The notes beneath the pieces were generated by a model that had not been told where the DNA came from, searched no databases, and was given only the letters and a program-made list of their open reading frames with translations. This document shows positions 1 to 9,650 of a DNA stretch of 64,000 nt, one piece after another; the first letter of the stretch is position 1; each line of letters begins with the position of its first letter. Both the position numbers and the translations under genes were made by a program. This stretch comes from Candidatus Poribacteria bacterium (lineage in GTDB: Bacteria; Poribacteria; WGA-4E; PCPOR2b), in NCBI GenBank assembly GCA_965208675.1, contig OZ242351.1, forward strand, positions 1,088,001-1,152,000. The letters run 5' to 3'.

Positions 1-1
1 G

Positions 2-1717
2 TTAGAGGTTTTCATGATTTTACCGGCTCACATCTCTGAATGGGGAAAACCACAAAGCCGGCATGAACGGCGGCATGTATGGTTTGATAAGGTTCGCAAA
101 GGATATTTGAAAATATTAAAGCCGATGATTCGATGGCGGTATGTCGTGTTCAGCGGCGTTCTGGCTTTCGGCGCGATTGTCTGTGTTACAGCATTTTTAT
201 TACTGGATAGAGAACTTTTCCCCGGCGAGGATTTTTCGCAATTTTACATTAAGGCAGAAATGCCAACCTCTTTCGGATTAACAGAAACGTCTGCCGTGTT
301 GACAAAAATCGAAGAAATTGCAATGTCCCTGCCGGCGCATGAGCGGGTCGCTGTCATATCCAATATCGGTATGCTCACACCAACATCCGGAATGGATAGT
401 ACTACGCTAAGATCGAATGCCGGCGAGGTTCTGGTAGAACTTGTGCCGAAAGATCAGCGCGATCGGAGCGTGGACGAAATAATCGCATCCCTACGTGAAA
501 AGACTGTGGCAATCGGCGGCGTTGAAAAGCTTTTATTTGACAAATTGCAAGGCGGTCCCCCGCAAGGCCGAGATGTTGAAGTGAAGGTCAAAGGAGAACA
601 CTTTGAACCCTTACAGAGGATTGCAGGATTGCTCAAGGATGAACTTCGCAAGATGGATGGCGTGTACGACATACGAGATGATTTCCTCACGGGCAAAGCT
701 GAACTTCAAATTCGAATCAATGAGGAAAAAGCACATCAATACGGGTTGAATATCTTCCAAATCGCTTACACGATGCGCAACGCCCTTGAAGGGAACATCA
801 CCACCACCTATCGTGATGCGGATGAATCTATCGACGTAGTTGTGAAGTATGATCGAGGCAGCCTACAGACAATCTCGGATCTCCGGGAACTGCTTATCGC
901 GGCCCCAAACGGCACTATTGTACCGTTGAAGGATGTGGCGGAGGTGCAAGAGAACCAAGGATATATGGAAATACGGCGTTTTGAAAACGAACGTGCAATC
1001 ACCGTGTTTGCCAGTGTGGAAAAAGAAAAGATTTCTGCCGTTGACGCCAACCAAGCACTAATTCAAGCTTTCGGCAACGTCGGGTCAATGTTTCCCGGCT
1101 ATCGGCTTGACTTTCGCGGTGTGTTCGACCAAATCAATGAGTCGTTTGCCGAACTTGTAAGACTATTTGTGGTTGGCCTATTGATAATCTATGTGATTTT
1201 AGGCACACAGTTCAAATCATTCCTTCAACCGATTATTATCCTCTTTGCGGTTCCGTTCGGAATTATCGGCGCTATGGTTGGACTATTAGCGGTCGGATCG
1301 ACGTTGAGCATGATTGCTATGTTCGGGATTGTTGCGCTCGCAGGTATCGTAATCAATGACTCCATTGTATTGATAGACTTCATCAATAGATACCGCGACC
1401 GCGGCTACAATAAGTGGCGCGCAATCCTCAAAGCCGGAAGCATTCGGTTACGTCCTATTATCTTGACCTCTGTGACCACTATCGTCGGATTGATACCGAT
1501 GGCGACAGGGCTTGGCGGAAAGTCTCCGATTTGGATGCCGTTGGCGAGCACAATTATATTTGGACTTTCTGCTGCGACGCTCTTGACGTTATTTGTGATG
1601 CCGCCATTATACGCGATAATAGCCGATTTGCGCGGCGTGTTCATCAGGCAAGAGCGCCGAGTATCTGTGCGTGAGGTTGAGGAAATTCCCGATGCTGCGG
1701 TACCTGCAGATGATTGA
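2..1717 (+). CDS. RND-family efflux permease (AcrB/CzcA-like), C-terminal part; 5' end lies outside the window
   Basis: The frame is open from the window edge. Motifs 'GIVINDSIVLIDF' and 'RLRPIILTSVTTIVGLIPM' and multiple TM helices match the second half of RND transporters. Confidence 0.9.
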   Translation, partial: LEVFMILPAHISEWGKPQSRHERRHVWFDKVRKGYLKILKPMIRWRYVVFSGVLAFGAIVCVTAFLLLDRELFPGEDFSQFYIKAEMPTSFGLTETSAVLTKIEEIAMSLPAHERVAVISNIGMLTPTSGMDSTTLRSNAGEVLVELVPKDQRDRSVDEIIASLREKTVAIGGVEKLLFDKLQGGPPQGRDVEVKVKGEHFEPLQRIAGLLKDELRKMDGVYDIRDDFLTGKAELQIRINEEKAHQYGLNIFQIAYTMRNALEGNITTTYRDADESIDVVVKYDRGSLQTISDLRELLIAAPNGTIVPLKDVAEVQENQGYMEIRRFENERAITVFASVEKEKISAVDANQALIQAFGNVGSMFPGYRLDFRGVFDQINESFAELVRLFVVGLLIIYVILGTQFKSFLQPIIILFAVPFGIIGAMVGLLAVGSTLSMIAMFGIVALAGIVINDSIVLIDFINRYRDRGYNKWRAILKAGSIRLRPIILTSVTTIVGLIPMATGLGGKSPIWMPLASTIIFGLSAATLLTLFVMPPLYAIIADLRGVFIRQERRVSVREVEEIPDAAVPADD

Positions 1718-1799
1718 AAAATGAAGCCTGATACATCGTCAATAGTCAATGCAACTAAAAATTACACTTCACCTGCAATCCAATCAAAAAAGCAGCGTT

Positions 1800-1826
1800 A
1801 CCCCCCCTAGCCCCCTTATCAGGGGG
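1800..1826. repeat. Short palindromic REP-like element (CCCCCTAGCCCCCTTATCAGGGGG family)
   Basis: Intergenic CCCCCT-TATC-AGGGGG hairpin. It resembles the elements at 20458-20506 and 20807-20855. Confidence 0.45.
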
Positions 1827-1906
1827 TATCTGATGTGTGTAAATAAACATGTTAATGACTATAGAAGTCAAACATCACTTTCCCGGCTTAGGAAAATTAA
1901 TGTCCA

Positions 1907-2887
1907 ATGTCTGAAAGACGAGTTGCAATTGACGCTGTCCTGCAGGCAATTCAATTATGCCAGCGTGTGCAAGCCGAAATGGTAGATTCAGATTCGGTTG
2001 ACAAGTCTGATGGAAGTCCTGTAACCGTTGCGGACTTTGGATCGCAAGCGATAATTTGCCGGATAATAAGTGATAAGTTTCCAGATGATGCTATCGTTGC
2101 AGAAGAGGATTCCCAAGCATTGCGTAAAGATTCAACGCTTCTTGACCGTGTGGCGTCTTTCGTCTCGCAACAGGGAGAAGATTCATCGAGTCAAGCGGTT
2201 TGTGATTGGATAGACCGGGGGCGGGGGAAAATCGGTCAACGTTTCTGGACGTTGGATCCAATTGATGGAACGAAAGGATTCCTTCGGGGGGATCAATATG
2301 CTATTGCACTCGCATTGATTGTCAATGGAGCGGTGCAGCTTGGTGTGTTGGGGTGTCCGAATCTCCGGCAAGAATGGAAAATGGCGGGAGAAGAACGCGG
2401 ATGCCTTTTTGCGGCAGAACGAGGCAGTGGAACGCACATGCTTTCACTGGATAGCCGTATCAAAGAACCGGTTCGCGTTTCTTACACCGTGCACCGCCTT
2501 GCAGAGAGTTTTGAATCTGCGCACGGCGACGGTGCTGCCAATGCATCCATAGCCCGCAATCTCAAGTTTACAGAACCTCCAATTCGGGTTGACAGCCAGG
2601 CAAAATACGGACTTGTCGCACGCGGCGATGCGTCGGTATATATTCGTCTACCAAATCCGCTCTCGCCTGACAGACGGGAATGTATTTGGGACCACGCGGC
2701 TGGACTAATTGTAGTGGAGGAGGCGGGCGGCACGGTAAGCGATGCAGGCGGGAAGCGGTTGGATTTCCTTCAAGGGCGTCGGCTTACCGCCAACCGCGGG
2801 ATTGTGGCAACTAACGGCTTACTGCACCCTCATGTGCTTGAAGGCGTTCGGCTGCATGCAAAAACCGCCAGCGGACCGCCTATTTGA
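1907..2887 (+). CDS. 3'(2'),5'-bisphosphate nucleotidase, HAL2/Met22-like (inositol monophosphatase superfamily)
   Basis: Motifs 'SPVTVADFGSQA', 'AEED', 'DPIDGTKGF', 'DSQAKY' and 'WDHAAG'. Confidence 0.85.
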   Translation: MSERRVAIDAVLQAIQLCQRVQAEMVDSDSVDKSDGSPVTVADFGSQAIICRIISDKFPDDAIVAEEDSQALRKDSTLLDRVASFVSQQGEDSSSQAVCDWIDRGRGKIGQRFWTLDPIDGTKGFLRGDQYAIALALIVNGAVQLGVLGCPNLRQEWKMAGEERGCLFAAERGSGTHMLSLDSRIKEPVRVSYTVHRLAESFESAHGDGAANASIARNLKFTEPPIRVDSQAKYGLVARGDASVYIRLPNPLSPDRRECIWDHAAGLIVVEEAGGTVSDAGGKRLDFLQGRRLTANRGIVATNGLLHPHVLEGVRLHAKTASGPPI

Positions 2888-2945
2888 AATTGCAATCATA
2901 TATCCAAGAGATTGGGCTTCAATCAGAACGACCTTGGCACTGCGT

Positions 2946-3644
2946 TCATGTTCCCAATCGCGTTTGCCTTAACAGGCCGTACCCTTCCATAATTTGCGTG
3001 CAGTTATTCTCACCAATGATGTCGGCGCCGGCTTCAAGCATTGCGAGCGCCTTCTCGGTCGTCGCTATGTGGCCGCCCGCTGCCTTGACTCCGAAATCTG
3101 GTCCAACAGCATCGCGGAGAATGCGAACGTGGTCGAGCGTGCACCCGCCGCGCCAGCCGGTCGACGTCTTCACGAAATCAGCTCCGGATTCCTTTACCAG
3201 TTTGGCTGCTGCGACGATCTCCGCTGTAGAAAGCATTGTGGTCTCAACGATGAACTTAACCTCTGCATCCGGATTCGCCTGCCGAGCCGCATTGACCATC
3301 GCCCTCAACTCTCGCCGAACGTAATCGAGATTGCCCGCGCGCAGCGCAGGATAGTTAATCATGCAGTCGATACTGTCCGCTCCCTTTTCCACCATCATCT
3401 TGGCTTCCAAAACCTTCACTTCAGGCGGTGAAAATCCACTGGGGAAAGCCACGATTCCCACGATGGGGATTCCGCTGCCTTCCATTTCACGCTTTACCAC
3501 ATCCATCATATACCAAGTCGCGCACATGGCTCGCAAGCCGTATTTTTTGGCTTCGCTGCAGCGCAATATCCAGCCCTCTTCTAATTCTTCGGCTTCTCTG
3601 CACCCGAGTTCCAGCGATTGCGCTAGTTGTTCTTTAGTAATCAT
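2946..3644 (-). CDS. Deoxyribose-phosphate aldolase (DeoC)-like class I aldolase, divergent
   Basis: Motifs 'VAFPSG', 'GADSIDCMIN', 'ADFVKTSTG' (Schiff-base Lys) and 'VKAAGG'. ATG at 3644 follows AAGGA. It lacks the canonical DHT and C-terminal GTS motifs. Confidence 0.75.
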   Translation of the reverse strand: MITKEQLAQSLELGCREAEELEEGWILRCSEAKKYGLRAMCATWYMMDVVKREMEGSGIPIVGIVAFPSGFSPPEVKVLEAKMMVEKGADSIDCMINYPALRAGNLDYVRRELRAMVNAARQANPDAEVKFIVETTMLSTAEIVAAAKLVKESGADFVKTSTGWRGGCTLDHVRILRDAVGPDFGVKAAGGHIATTEKALAMLEAGADIIGENNCTQIMEGYGLLRQTRLGT

Positions 3645-3681
3645 TTGGTTTTCCTTCCACACTAAATACGTTTAACGACGG

Positions 3682-5202
3682 TCATTGGTGCGGCCAAATC
3701 GGTTCCATGTCCCATGCGTCGAGCGAAACGAGTTTCGCTGTGCCGCCGCGCGCATATATAGAGACATCCACGCCTTCAAAACTGCCGGGATATATGCGTT
3801 TCGCCAGGCAACTCCGTTTGTTAGCGAATACTTCGATTACCGACCGATCGAGAAAAATTCGAAGCCGAAGCGGTTCGTTGTCACCAAGCGCTAAAGGCGC
3901 CGCCTGTTCCTCAAAATCCACGACATCGGGGTTTTGGCTTGAACGGCTGACATCAATCTTTATCCGGCACTCGGGACTCGTATAACTCACGAGGGTCTGC
4001 TCTGCACCACCGGAAGAATACCGTATCGCCAAACCGCACTCACGCGCTGAGACTAGTTCAATCACGGCGCTAATCTCAAGAACGTCGTTACCGATGCCTG
4101 CAAGACTAATCTCCTCGCCGGGAGAGATAACTATCCCAGACACTCGGCGCCGCCGCCGCCGCAGCTTATCCATCTCGGCAATCGGCTCCATTCTCAACAC
4201 CCCGCTGCCGGTTAAGGACAGAACCCTAGGAATAGCCATGATGCCGCACCAGCCGGCGGCTTGTTGAACCGAGAACCGCCGCCCTTCGCCAATCCACGAA
4301 AACATTATGCGCCGCCCGTCCGGAGCCTTCAGCGTCGCCGGAGCTAGGTAGTTGCCAGATTCCATCGTGACACCAATTGTGGGATTGTGATTGAGGCGGC
4401 TGTGTTTCTCCGGGTGAAACTTCTTCTCCGAAGGCGAATATGTACCGAGGTAGTATTGCGCACCGTGCTTGTGACTGGAGAAAATGAGCATGTGCTTGTC
4501 GCCGATAGAGAAAAAGTCAGGGACGGCGCAATCCTCATCAACCTCCGTCCACCCCCGCTTGCTCTCATAAAACTCGTGCTGGTATTCCCAGTGAATGAAA
4601 TCCGTGGAGGTCAGTAGAAAAGCCGTGTCACCACGTTCGGTACGCCCGCCGCAAATTAGATGCCAGAGATCTCCAAATTTCCAGACGCAAGGGTCAAACG
4701 GTTTCCACGGCGAACCCGCGGGCGGGGGCGGAATGATAGGATTGCCCTCAAATTTTTCCCAATGGACGAGCGACAAATCTGCGGGGTGGCTGCGGGCAAT
4801 ACATATTCCAGCCGGATTGCCGTAGTAAACCGCGGTCGGCACACCATCAACGATTACAATTGGCCCGCTCCAGCAACCGTTGCTATCCTGACCGCCGGGC
4901 GTCGGCGCAAGCGCCACCGGCAAATCCGTCCAATGGACGAGGTCCTCACTCATGGCATGCCCCCAATGCATATTAGAATCTTCCACTTCGTAGGGGTTGT
5001 TCTGATAGAATAGGTGGTACTTCCCCTGCCAGTAGAGGGGGCCGTTAGGGTCTTTGAGGAGATTGGCTGGCGCGACATAATGATAGAGCGGCCGATAAGG
5101 ATCGGCAGCACGCCGCACCCGGGCTCTCTTTACGGCCGCCGGAAGATTTAGCGGTGCGAGCGATTCGACGAGCATGTCTTTGGTCATATCACTGTGGCTC
5201 AT
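3682..5202 (-). CDS. Glycoside hydrolase family 32 protein (beta-fructofuranosidase fold) with altered catalytic motifs
   Basis: Motifs 'DPNG', 'YHLFYQ', 'MHWGHAMSEDLVHW', 'WSG' and C-terminal beta-sandwich 'LRIFLDRSVIEVFAN'. Confidence 0.85.
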   Translation of the reverse strand: MSHSDMTKDMLVESLAPLNLPAAVKRARVRRAADPYRPLYHYVAPANLLKDPNGPLYWQGKYHLFYQNNPYEVEDSNMHWGHAMSEDLVHWTDLPVALAPTPGGQDSNGCWSGPIVIVDGVPTAVYYGNPAGICIARSHPADLSLVHWEKFEGNPIIPPPPAGSPWKPFDPCVWKFGDLWHLICGGRTERGDTAFLLTSTDFIHWEYQHEFYESKRGWTEVDEDCAVPDFFSIGDKHMLIFSSHKHGAQYYLGTYSPSEKKFHPEKHSRLNHNPTIGVTMESGNYLAPATLKAPDGRRIMFSWIGEGRRFSVQQAAGWCGIMAIPRVLSLTGSGVLRMEPIAEMDKLRRRRRRVSGIVISPGEEISLAGIGNDVLEISAVIELVSARECGLAIRYSSGGAEQTLVSYTSPECRIKIDVSRSSQNPDVVDFEEQAAPLALGDNEPLRLRIFLDRSVIEVFANKRSCLAKRIYPGSFEGVDVSIYARGGTAKLVSLDAWDMEPIWPHQ

Positions 5203-5295
5203 TTAGCTCCTCTTGCCGTTCTGACCGTCGCTATAAGCACTCAACCCGATGAGCACCAGACGCGCCGATAACAGTGTGCAGAATAGCCGTTTCAT
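5203..5295 (-). pseudogene. Truncated inverted copy of the 5' end (signal peptide) of the LamG gene at 6391; 30-aa ORF
   Basis: Translates MKRLFCTLLSARLVLIGLSAYSDGQNGKRS* versus MKRLFGTMLSVSLVLIGLSAYSIDQN at 6391. About 70 nt upstream are also homologous. Confidence 0.7.
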
Positions 5296-5576
5296 AGACA
5301 ACCCCCTCATTTTTCTGCCACCCTCGGTTTGAATTAGCTAATCCAACTATGCGAAGCAAGATACACAAACGTTACAACTCAAACGAATACTTTTCCGCCT
5401 CGATTGCACAGATTCGGGGCTTTTGGCGATAAAACCCATGGGCATGGGTGAAGCGTTTTAGCTGCCGCCCGCTTCTATGAGTGGGTTCAAGCGTAACGGA
5501 CATTATAACACGATTACGGGAGATTAAACAGACAATTTGCAGTAAGCCTAACGGCGAGGACTCCTCGCCAATTGAC

Positions 5577-5781
5577 TAGGGCGTGTTGACATTTGGCATC
5601 CCGTAGGTTGAATTGAACGGTTAAACGGCAGTCCCTATCAAGTACAAAGGAATCTTTTGTAACACAATCTGTTAGATTGTGATCCGAGCCCGCAAACTAA
5701 CAGTTTGCGCTACTTATATCAGATTATCCAATGGTGACAACGTTTGCCGAATCTGTAGCCTCAAAATGTCAACAGAACCTA
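5577..5781. mobile_element. Putative MITE-like element with imperfect terminal inverted repeats
   Basis: TAGGGCGTGTTGACATTT (5577-5594) and AAATGTCAACAGAACCTA (5764-5781) are complementary at 15/18. The right end recurs at 19595-19612 (exact) and 6154-6171 (2 mismatches). There is an internal palindrome GCAAACT-AAC-AGTTTGC. Confidence 0.5.
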
Positions 5782-6390
5782 ATACGGGTTGAATCAATTA
5801 TTGATTGTTCGGTCGAGATTTATATTCGACGACGAAACGTCAATCTTGAAAAACGACCTACAGCAATTCTTAATCGTCTCTGACTTTTGAACAGCGGGTT
5901 GGGAAACCCGACCCTTTTTTCACAATTGGATACGATTTCGGACTGCTGTAGGTTGTTTGACCAAAATCGACTCAATCTGTATGGTTGGAAGTTCCATGCC
6001 CGCGTTGGTCAATGGGCGAGGTAACCAGATAAACACTATAAGTAAAACTATCGCACTCCCTATTCAGTCGCTTGATCCCTCGCTATTCACTCGGTTGATC
6101 CCCTACGAAAATATTTGCGCCTTCGAGACTCCGTTAATCGTTCAATTGCGATAAAATGTCAATAGAAACTAAATCGGCTACATTTTTTTTACACTATTTT
6201 TCCGATGTATAGTATAATATGGTGAGTTACAATATTTTGCGCCGCATAGATTATTATGAAGAAATGGGCGTATTTTCGCAAATTTGCGCAAGTTTGTTTC
6301 CCTTAAGTCACAGGATTCGCGCATCTAGCTTCGCTTAGTTGGGTATGGTGATTCAAACCGAAGGTGTCATAAAAACGAAAGGGGTTCTGT

Positions 6391-7218
6391 ATGAAACGGC
6401 TATTCGGCACAATGTTATCGGTGAGTCTGGTGCTCATTGGGTTGAGTGCTTATAGCATCGATCAGAATAACATCCTCGTCCATTGGTCATTCGACGAACT
6501 TGATGGAGAGATTTTTAAAGATGAATCGGGTAATGGCCATGATGGAAGACTTGATGGCGACGGCGCAGTCGTCGAAGGGAGAATTAACAACGCTGTCCAT
6601 CTGACTGGCGGTTACGTCACTTTGGCTTCGGGTATAGGCAATGTTGTTGAGTCCGTGGGCGAAACAGGCGAAATCTCTATGGAGGCGTCGATTTACATGA
6701 GCGCCCACGACGCTTGGGATTCGGTAATTTCAATTGGGGAAGGCGATGAGAATGGTCCGCTTGAGGGAAACAGAGCAATCATTTTCCGAATGATGGTCTC
6801 CCCCGATCTTACGCCATACTGGAACATAGGTTATCGAGCAGACCACAACTTCCCAGATTTCGTGTTCGACCTGGACACATGGTATCACTACGTTATTACG
6901 GGCGATAGCGAAACCAGCAAAATTTACATTAACGGCGAGCTAATTGTTGAAGACCCGCATTCCAACCACAATGTACCGGAGGACTTCGCATTCGCGACGT
7001 ATACGGATGTGTTCATGTTTGTTGGAGCGGGCGAAGCACCACACGTCTGGAGGTTTGAAGACGCAATTGTTGATGAAGTTGCAATCTACAATAAGGTGCT
7101 CTCCGAAGGCGAAATCAACGATTTGATGGCGAACGGGATTCCCGGTGTCCTCACCTCAGTTGATGCAAAGGACAAATTAGCCGCACGCTGGGGAGAAATT
7201 AAAGCGCAGCATGAATAG
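6391..7218 (+). CDS. Secreted LamG-like (concanavalin A-like jelly-roll) protein with C-terminal K-L-x-x-x-W-G-x-I-K motif
   Basis: Signal peptide, 'HWSFDE', 'DESGNGHDG', 'DTWYHYV', 'IYINGEL' and 'DEVAIYNKVLS'. Ends SVDAKDKLAARWGEIK. Confidence 0.85.
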   Translation: MKRLFGTMLSVSLVLIGLSAYSIDQNNILVHWSFDELDGEIFKDESGNGHDGRLDGDGAVVEGRINNAVHLTGGYVTLASGIGNVVESVGETGEISMEASIYMSAHDAWDSVISIGEGDENGPLEGNRAIIFRMMVSPDLTPYWNIGYRADHNFPDFVFDLDTWYHYVITGDSETSKIYINGELIVEDPHSNHNVPEDFAFATYTDVFMFVGAGEAPHVWRFEDAIVDEVAIYNKVLSEGEINDLMANGIPGVLTSVDAKDKLAARWGEIKAQHE

Positions 7219-7265
7219 AACCTCAGCGATGAATATTTACATTTATGATGTTTAGTAATTTATTG

Positions 7266-7298
7266 ATTGTAGGGGCGTAGGCGCTTTGCCCCTACAAT
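7266..7298. repeat. GTAG-type REP-like hairpin
   Basis: ATTGTAGGGGC-N11-GCCCCTACAAT, intergenic. A paralogous copy lies at 9554-9584. Confidence 0.6.
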
Positions 7299-7363
7299 AC
7301 CTTTATCATCGGTCATTACCGATGCAAATGCCCAGAATTCCCGCGAATTTGTAGGAGAGTGCC

Positions 7364-8161
7364 ATGAACACATATGACTGCGAACCTACACTGACCGACA
7401 CACAAGTATTGGAGTTCTGCAAGCAGGGCTTCTTGATGCTGGAGGGCGTTGTTCCCGATGAAATCAACCGGCAGGCGTTTGAATTCTTGGAGGAACACAC
7501 CGAGCACGGATGTTCTGTTGGCAGTATAGACGGGGTTATTGAGAACGTGCTGCTAAACCCGCAAGCCACAGGCGCAATACGGTCTCTCCTAGGCAAGAAC
7601 TTCACCTATCCTGCGGACCTGTACGGTCCTGGAAATCAGATACAGTGTCCAAAACCGGCAGGCCCGTGGCACATAGACGGCGGCGCCGTGTTTGGTCCCC
7701 ATCTCGACTGTCTGCAGGTTTTCTACATCCCGCAGGATACGCCGCTAGAACTGGGACCGACCGAGGTGTTGCCGGGCTCCCATTTCCTCATTGCTGACGG
7801 CATTCCTTCCATGGCGCACTACGGCAGTATTCGGGGCGCGGTTGCCACAGCGGGACCGGCAGGTTCTATTTTTCTCACCGCCTACCCCATTTGGCACCGC
7901 CGCGGGGCATCTACGGCAAACGGCGTCCGCAATTTGCTGAAGTATTCCTATAAACGCACCGTGCCGCCGGAACGAGACTGGATTCGAGAACCGAACTTCG
8001 TGCCCCGGCGTGCTAAGGATGCACCGCCGCGGCAAAAATTTCATCGAGAACACCAACGAGCCATCTATGATGCTGCCGAGATGTTCTACTGGCTTTGCGG
8101 TATGCACAGCGAATATCATACGACCAGCGGAAATAATTTTCCGGTTCACCATTCTAGTTGA
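7364..8161 (+). CDS. Phytanoyl-CoA dioxygenase (PhyH)-family 2OG-Fe(II) oxygenase
   Basis: HxD 'WHID', 'GPTEVLPGSH', distal His 'IWHRR' and 2OG Arg 'RNLLK'. RBS AGGAG. Confidence 0.85.
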   Translation: MNTYDCEPTLTDTQVLEFCKQGFLMLEGVVPDEINRQAFEFLEEHTEHGCSVGSIDGVIENVLLNPQATGAIRSLLGKNFTYPADLYGPGNQIQCPKPAGPWHIDGGAVFGPHLDCLQVFYIPQDTPLELGPTEVLPGSHFLIADGIPSMAHYGSIRGAVATAGPAGSIFLTAYPIWHRRGASTANGVRNLLKYSYKRTVPPERDWIREPNFVPRRAKDAPPRQKFHREHQRAIYDAAEMFYWLCGMHSEYHTTSGNNFPVHHSS

Positions 8162-8291
8162 GTCTAACTTTTCGTCTGCTAATACGGAGAAGGCTATGCC
8201 AAGCGGCCGCCGTTGAGTTCACATTGATACGTTGCGGCGCGGGCTTGAGCAGAATGCTTCCGTAAAATTCCTTTCCTCTCAATCAAGACGC

Positions 8292-8315
8292 TGATACTAT
8301 TTGCAGTGAGTATCA
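8292..8315. promoter_or_regulatory. Putative operator palindrome TGATACT-N10-AGTATCA overlapping an extended -10-like TGnTACTAT
   Basis: Perfect 7-bp inverted arms, identical in the paralogous spacer at 10589-10612. Confidence 0.5.
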
Positions 8316-8666
8316 ACAATCCTACCAACCGTCGTAAGCTGAACCCAAGGCTTGTAAGGCGACACCATTAGCAATCAGGATTATTTCAAAAGAGAAATTC
8401 ACGCAGGCATTAAGAGATAACTTGTGTGAGACTAATCCTACCAACACAATCTTGACGATTTTGCAATCCATTGAGTCAGCCCTGCAATGGAAGGCATAAC
8501 GATGTACGCCCAGCGTGCTAGGGTTTACCCCCGCGGGCGTAGTTTTTATGTTCGCGGGAATAATTCTCGCGGAACAAGACCGCGCCGAATTAGTTATCAG
8601 TAATAACTAAAGACGATTCAGGTGCGGCAATTGGTTGTTTAATTTGAATGTAAAGGAGTGCTAAAA

Positions 8667-9503
8667 ATGTCTAAGAACATGTTGAAATGGCTGATCGGCG
8701 CACTGGTTTCGACGGGCTTGGTATTCGCCGGGCCGAGTGCTCATAGCATCGACGAGAACAACATCCTTGTTCACTGGTCATTTGATGAACTCGACAATGA
8801 GATGTTCAAGGATGAAACGGGTAACGGTTACGATGCAGAACTGGTTGCCCCGGGGGAACTTGTCGAAGGAAAGTTCAACCAAGCTGTCCATCTGCCCGGC
8901 GGCTTTGTGAAGCTAGCGCCGAGCGACGTTGTTCAGAGTGTCGGCGATACGGGCGAAATTACTATGGAAGCGTGGGTTTTCTTCAACGAACTCCCGCCGG
9001 CGCAGTGGGATGGAGTCATCTCGGATAGCACCGCCCAATTTCGGATGATGGTGCAAGCCCCGGACCACAATCCGTACTGGAATGTCGGAAATCGCGCAGA
9101 CAAAAGCGATAAGGCTTTCAAGTTCAAAAAGAACCGGTGGTATCACTATGTCGCGCTAGGAGATACCAAAAACAGTAAAGTTTACATTGACGGGGAGCTC
9201 GTGGCTGAAGCGGCCCAACCAGCGAACCTTGATAAGAATTTGCCCAAACCGCCGGACGTCGACAAACCCTTCCAAATGCCGAAGCTCAAACAGGTGTCAA
9301 TCTTCGTCGGTGCCGGCGAGGCTGAACATGTTTGGAGGATTGACGACGCAATTATTGATGAAGTCGCAATCTACAACAAAGCACTCACCGAAGAGGAGAT
9401 TAGCGATTTGACGGAACGAGGGCTTGGCGAAGTTCTCCGCTCGGTCAATCCGCAAGGGAAGTTAGCCTCCCGCTGGGGAGAAATCAAGATGAAACGCCAT
9501 TAG
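8667..9503 (+). CDS. Secreted LamG-like protein, paralogue of 6391-7218
   Basis: Same N-terminus ('SIDENNILVHWSFDELD') and LamG motifs. Ends SVNPQGKLASRWGEIK. ATG at 8667 follows AAGGAG. Confidence 0.85.
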   Translation: MSKNMLKWLIGALVSTGLVFAGPSAHSIDENNILVHWSFDELDNEMFKDETGNGYDAELVAPGELVEGKFNQAVHLPGGFVKLAPSDVVQSVGDTGEITMEAWVFFNELPPAQWDGVISDSTAQFRMMVQAPDHNPYWNVGNRADKSDKAFKFKKNRWYHYVALGDTKNSKVYIDGELVAEAAQPANLDKNLPKPPDVDKPFQMPKLKQVSIFVGAGEAEHVWRIDDAIIDEVAIYNKALTEEEISDLTERGLGEVLRSVNPQGKLASRWGEIKMKRH

Positions 9504-9553
9504 GGCTTCACATCAAATAATATGTCCGTTCATGATGGTTAACAGTTTATTGA

Positions 9554-9584
9554 TTGCAGGGGCGATGACATTTCGCCCCTGCAA
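9554..9584. repeat. REP-like hairpin, paralogue of 7266-7298
   Basis: TTGCAGGGGCGA-N7-TCGCCCCTGCAA. Confidence 0.55.
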
Positions 9585-9650
9585 AGAGTTTACCAACGGA
9601 TTTTAACGTCGTAGATGCCCAAAATTCACACCAGGCCGCACTAGGGAGTT

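Noticed and set aside
5500-6200. CRISPR array or RNA gene in the long spacer
   Set aside because: There are no regularly spaced identical repeats and no tRNA cloverleaf or rRNA similarity, only degenerate REP/MITE-like palindromes.
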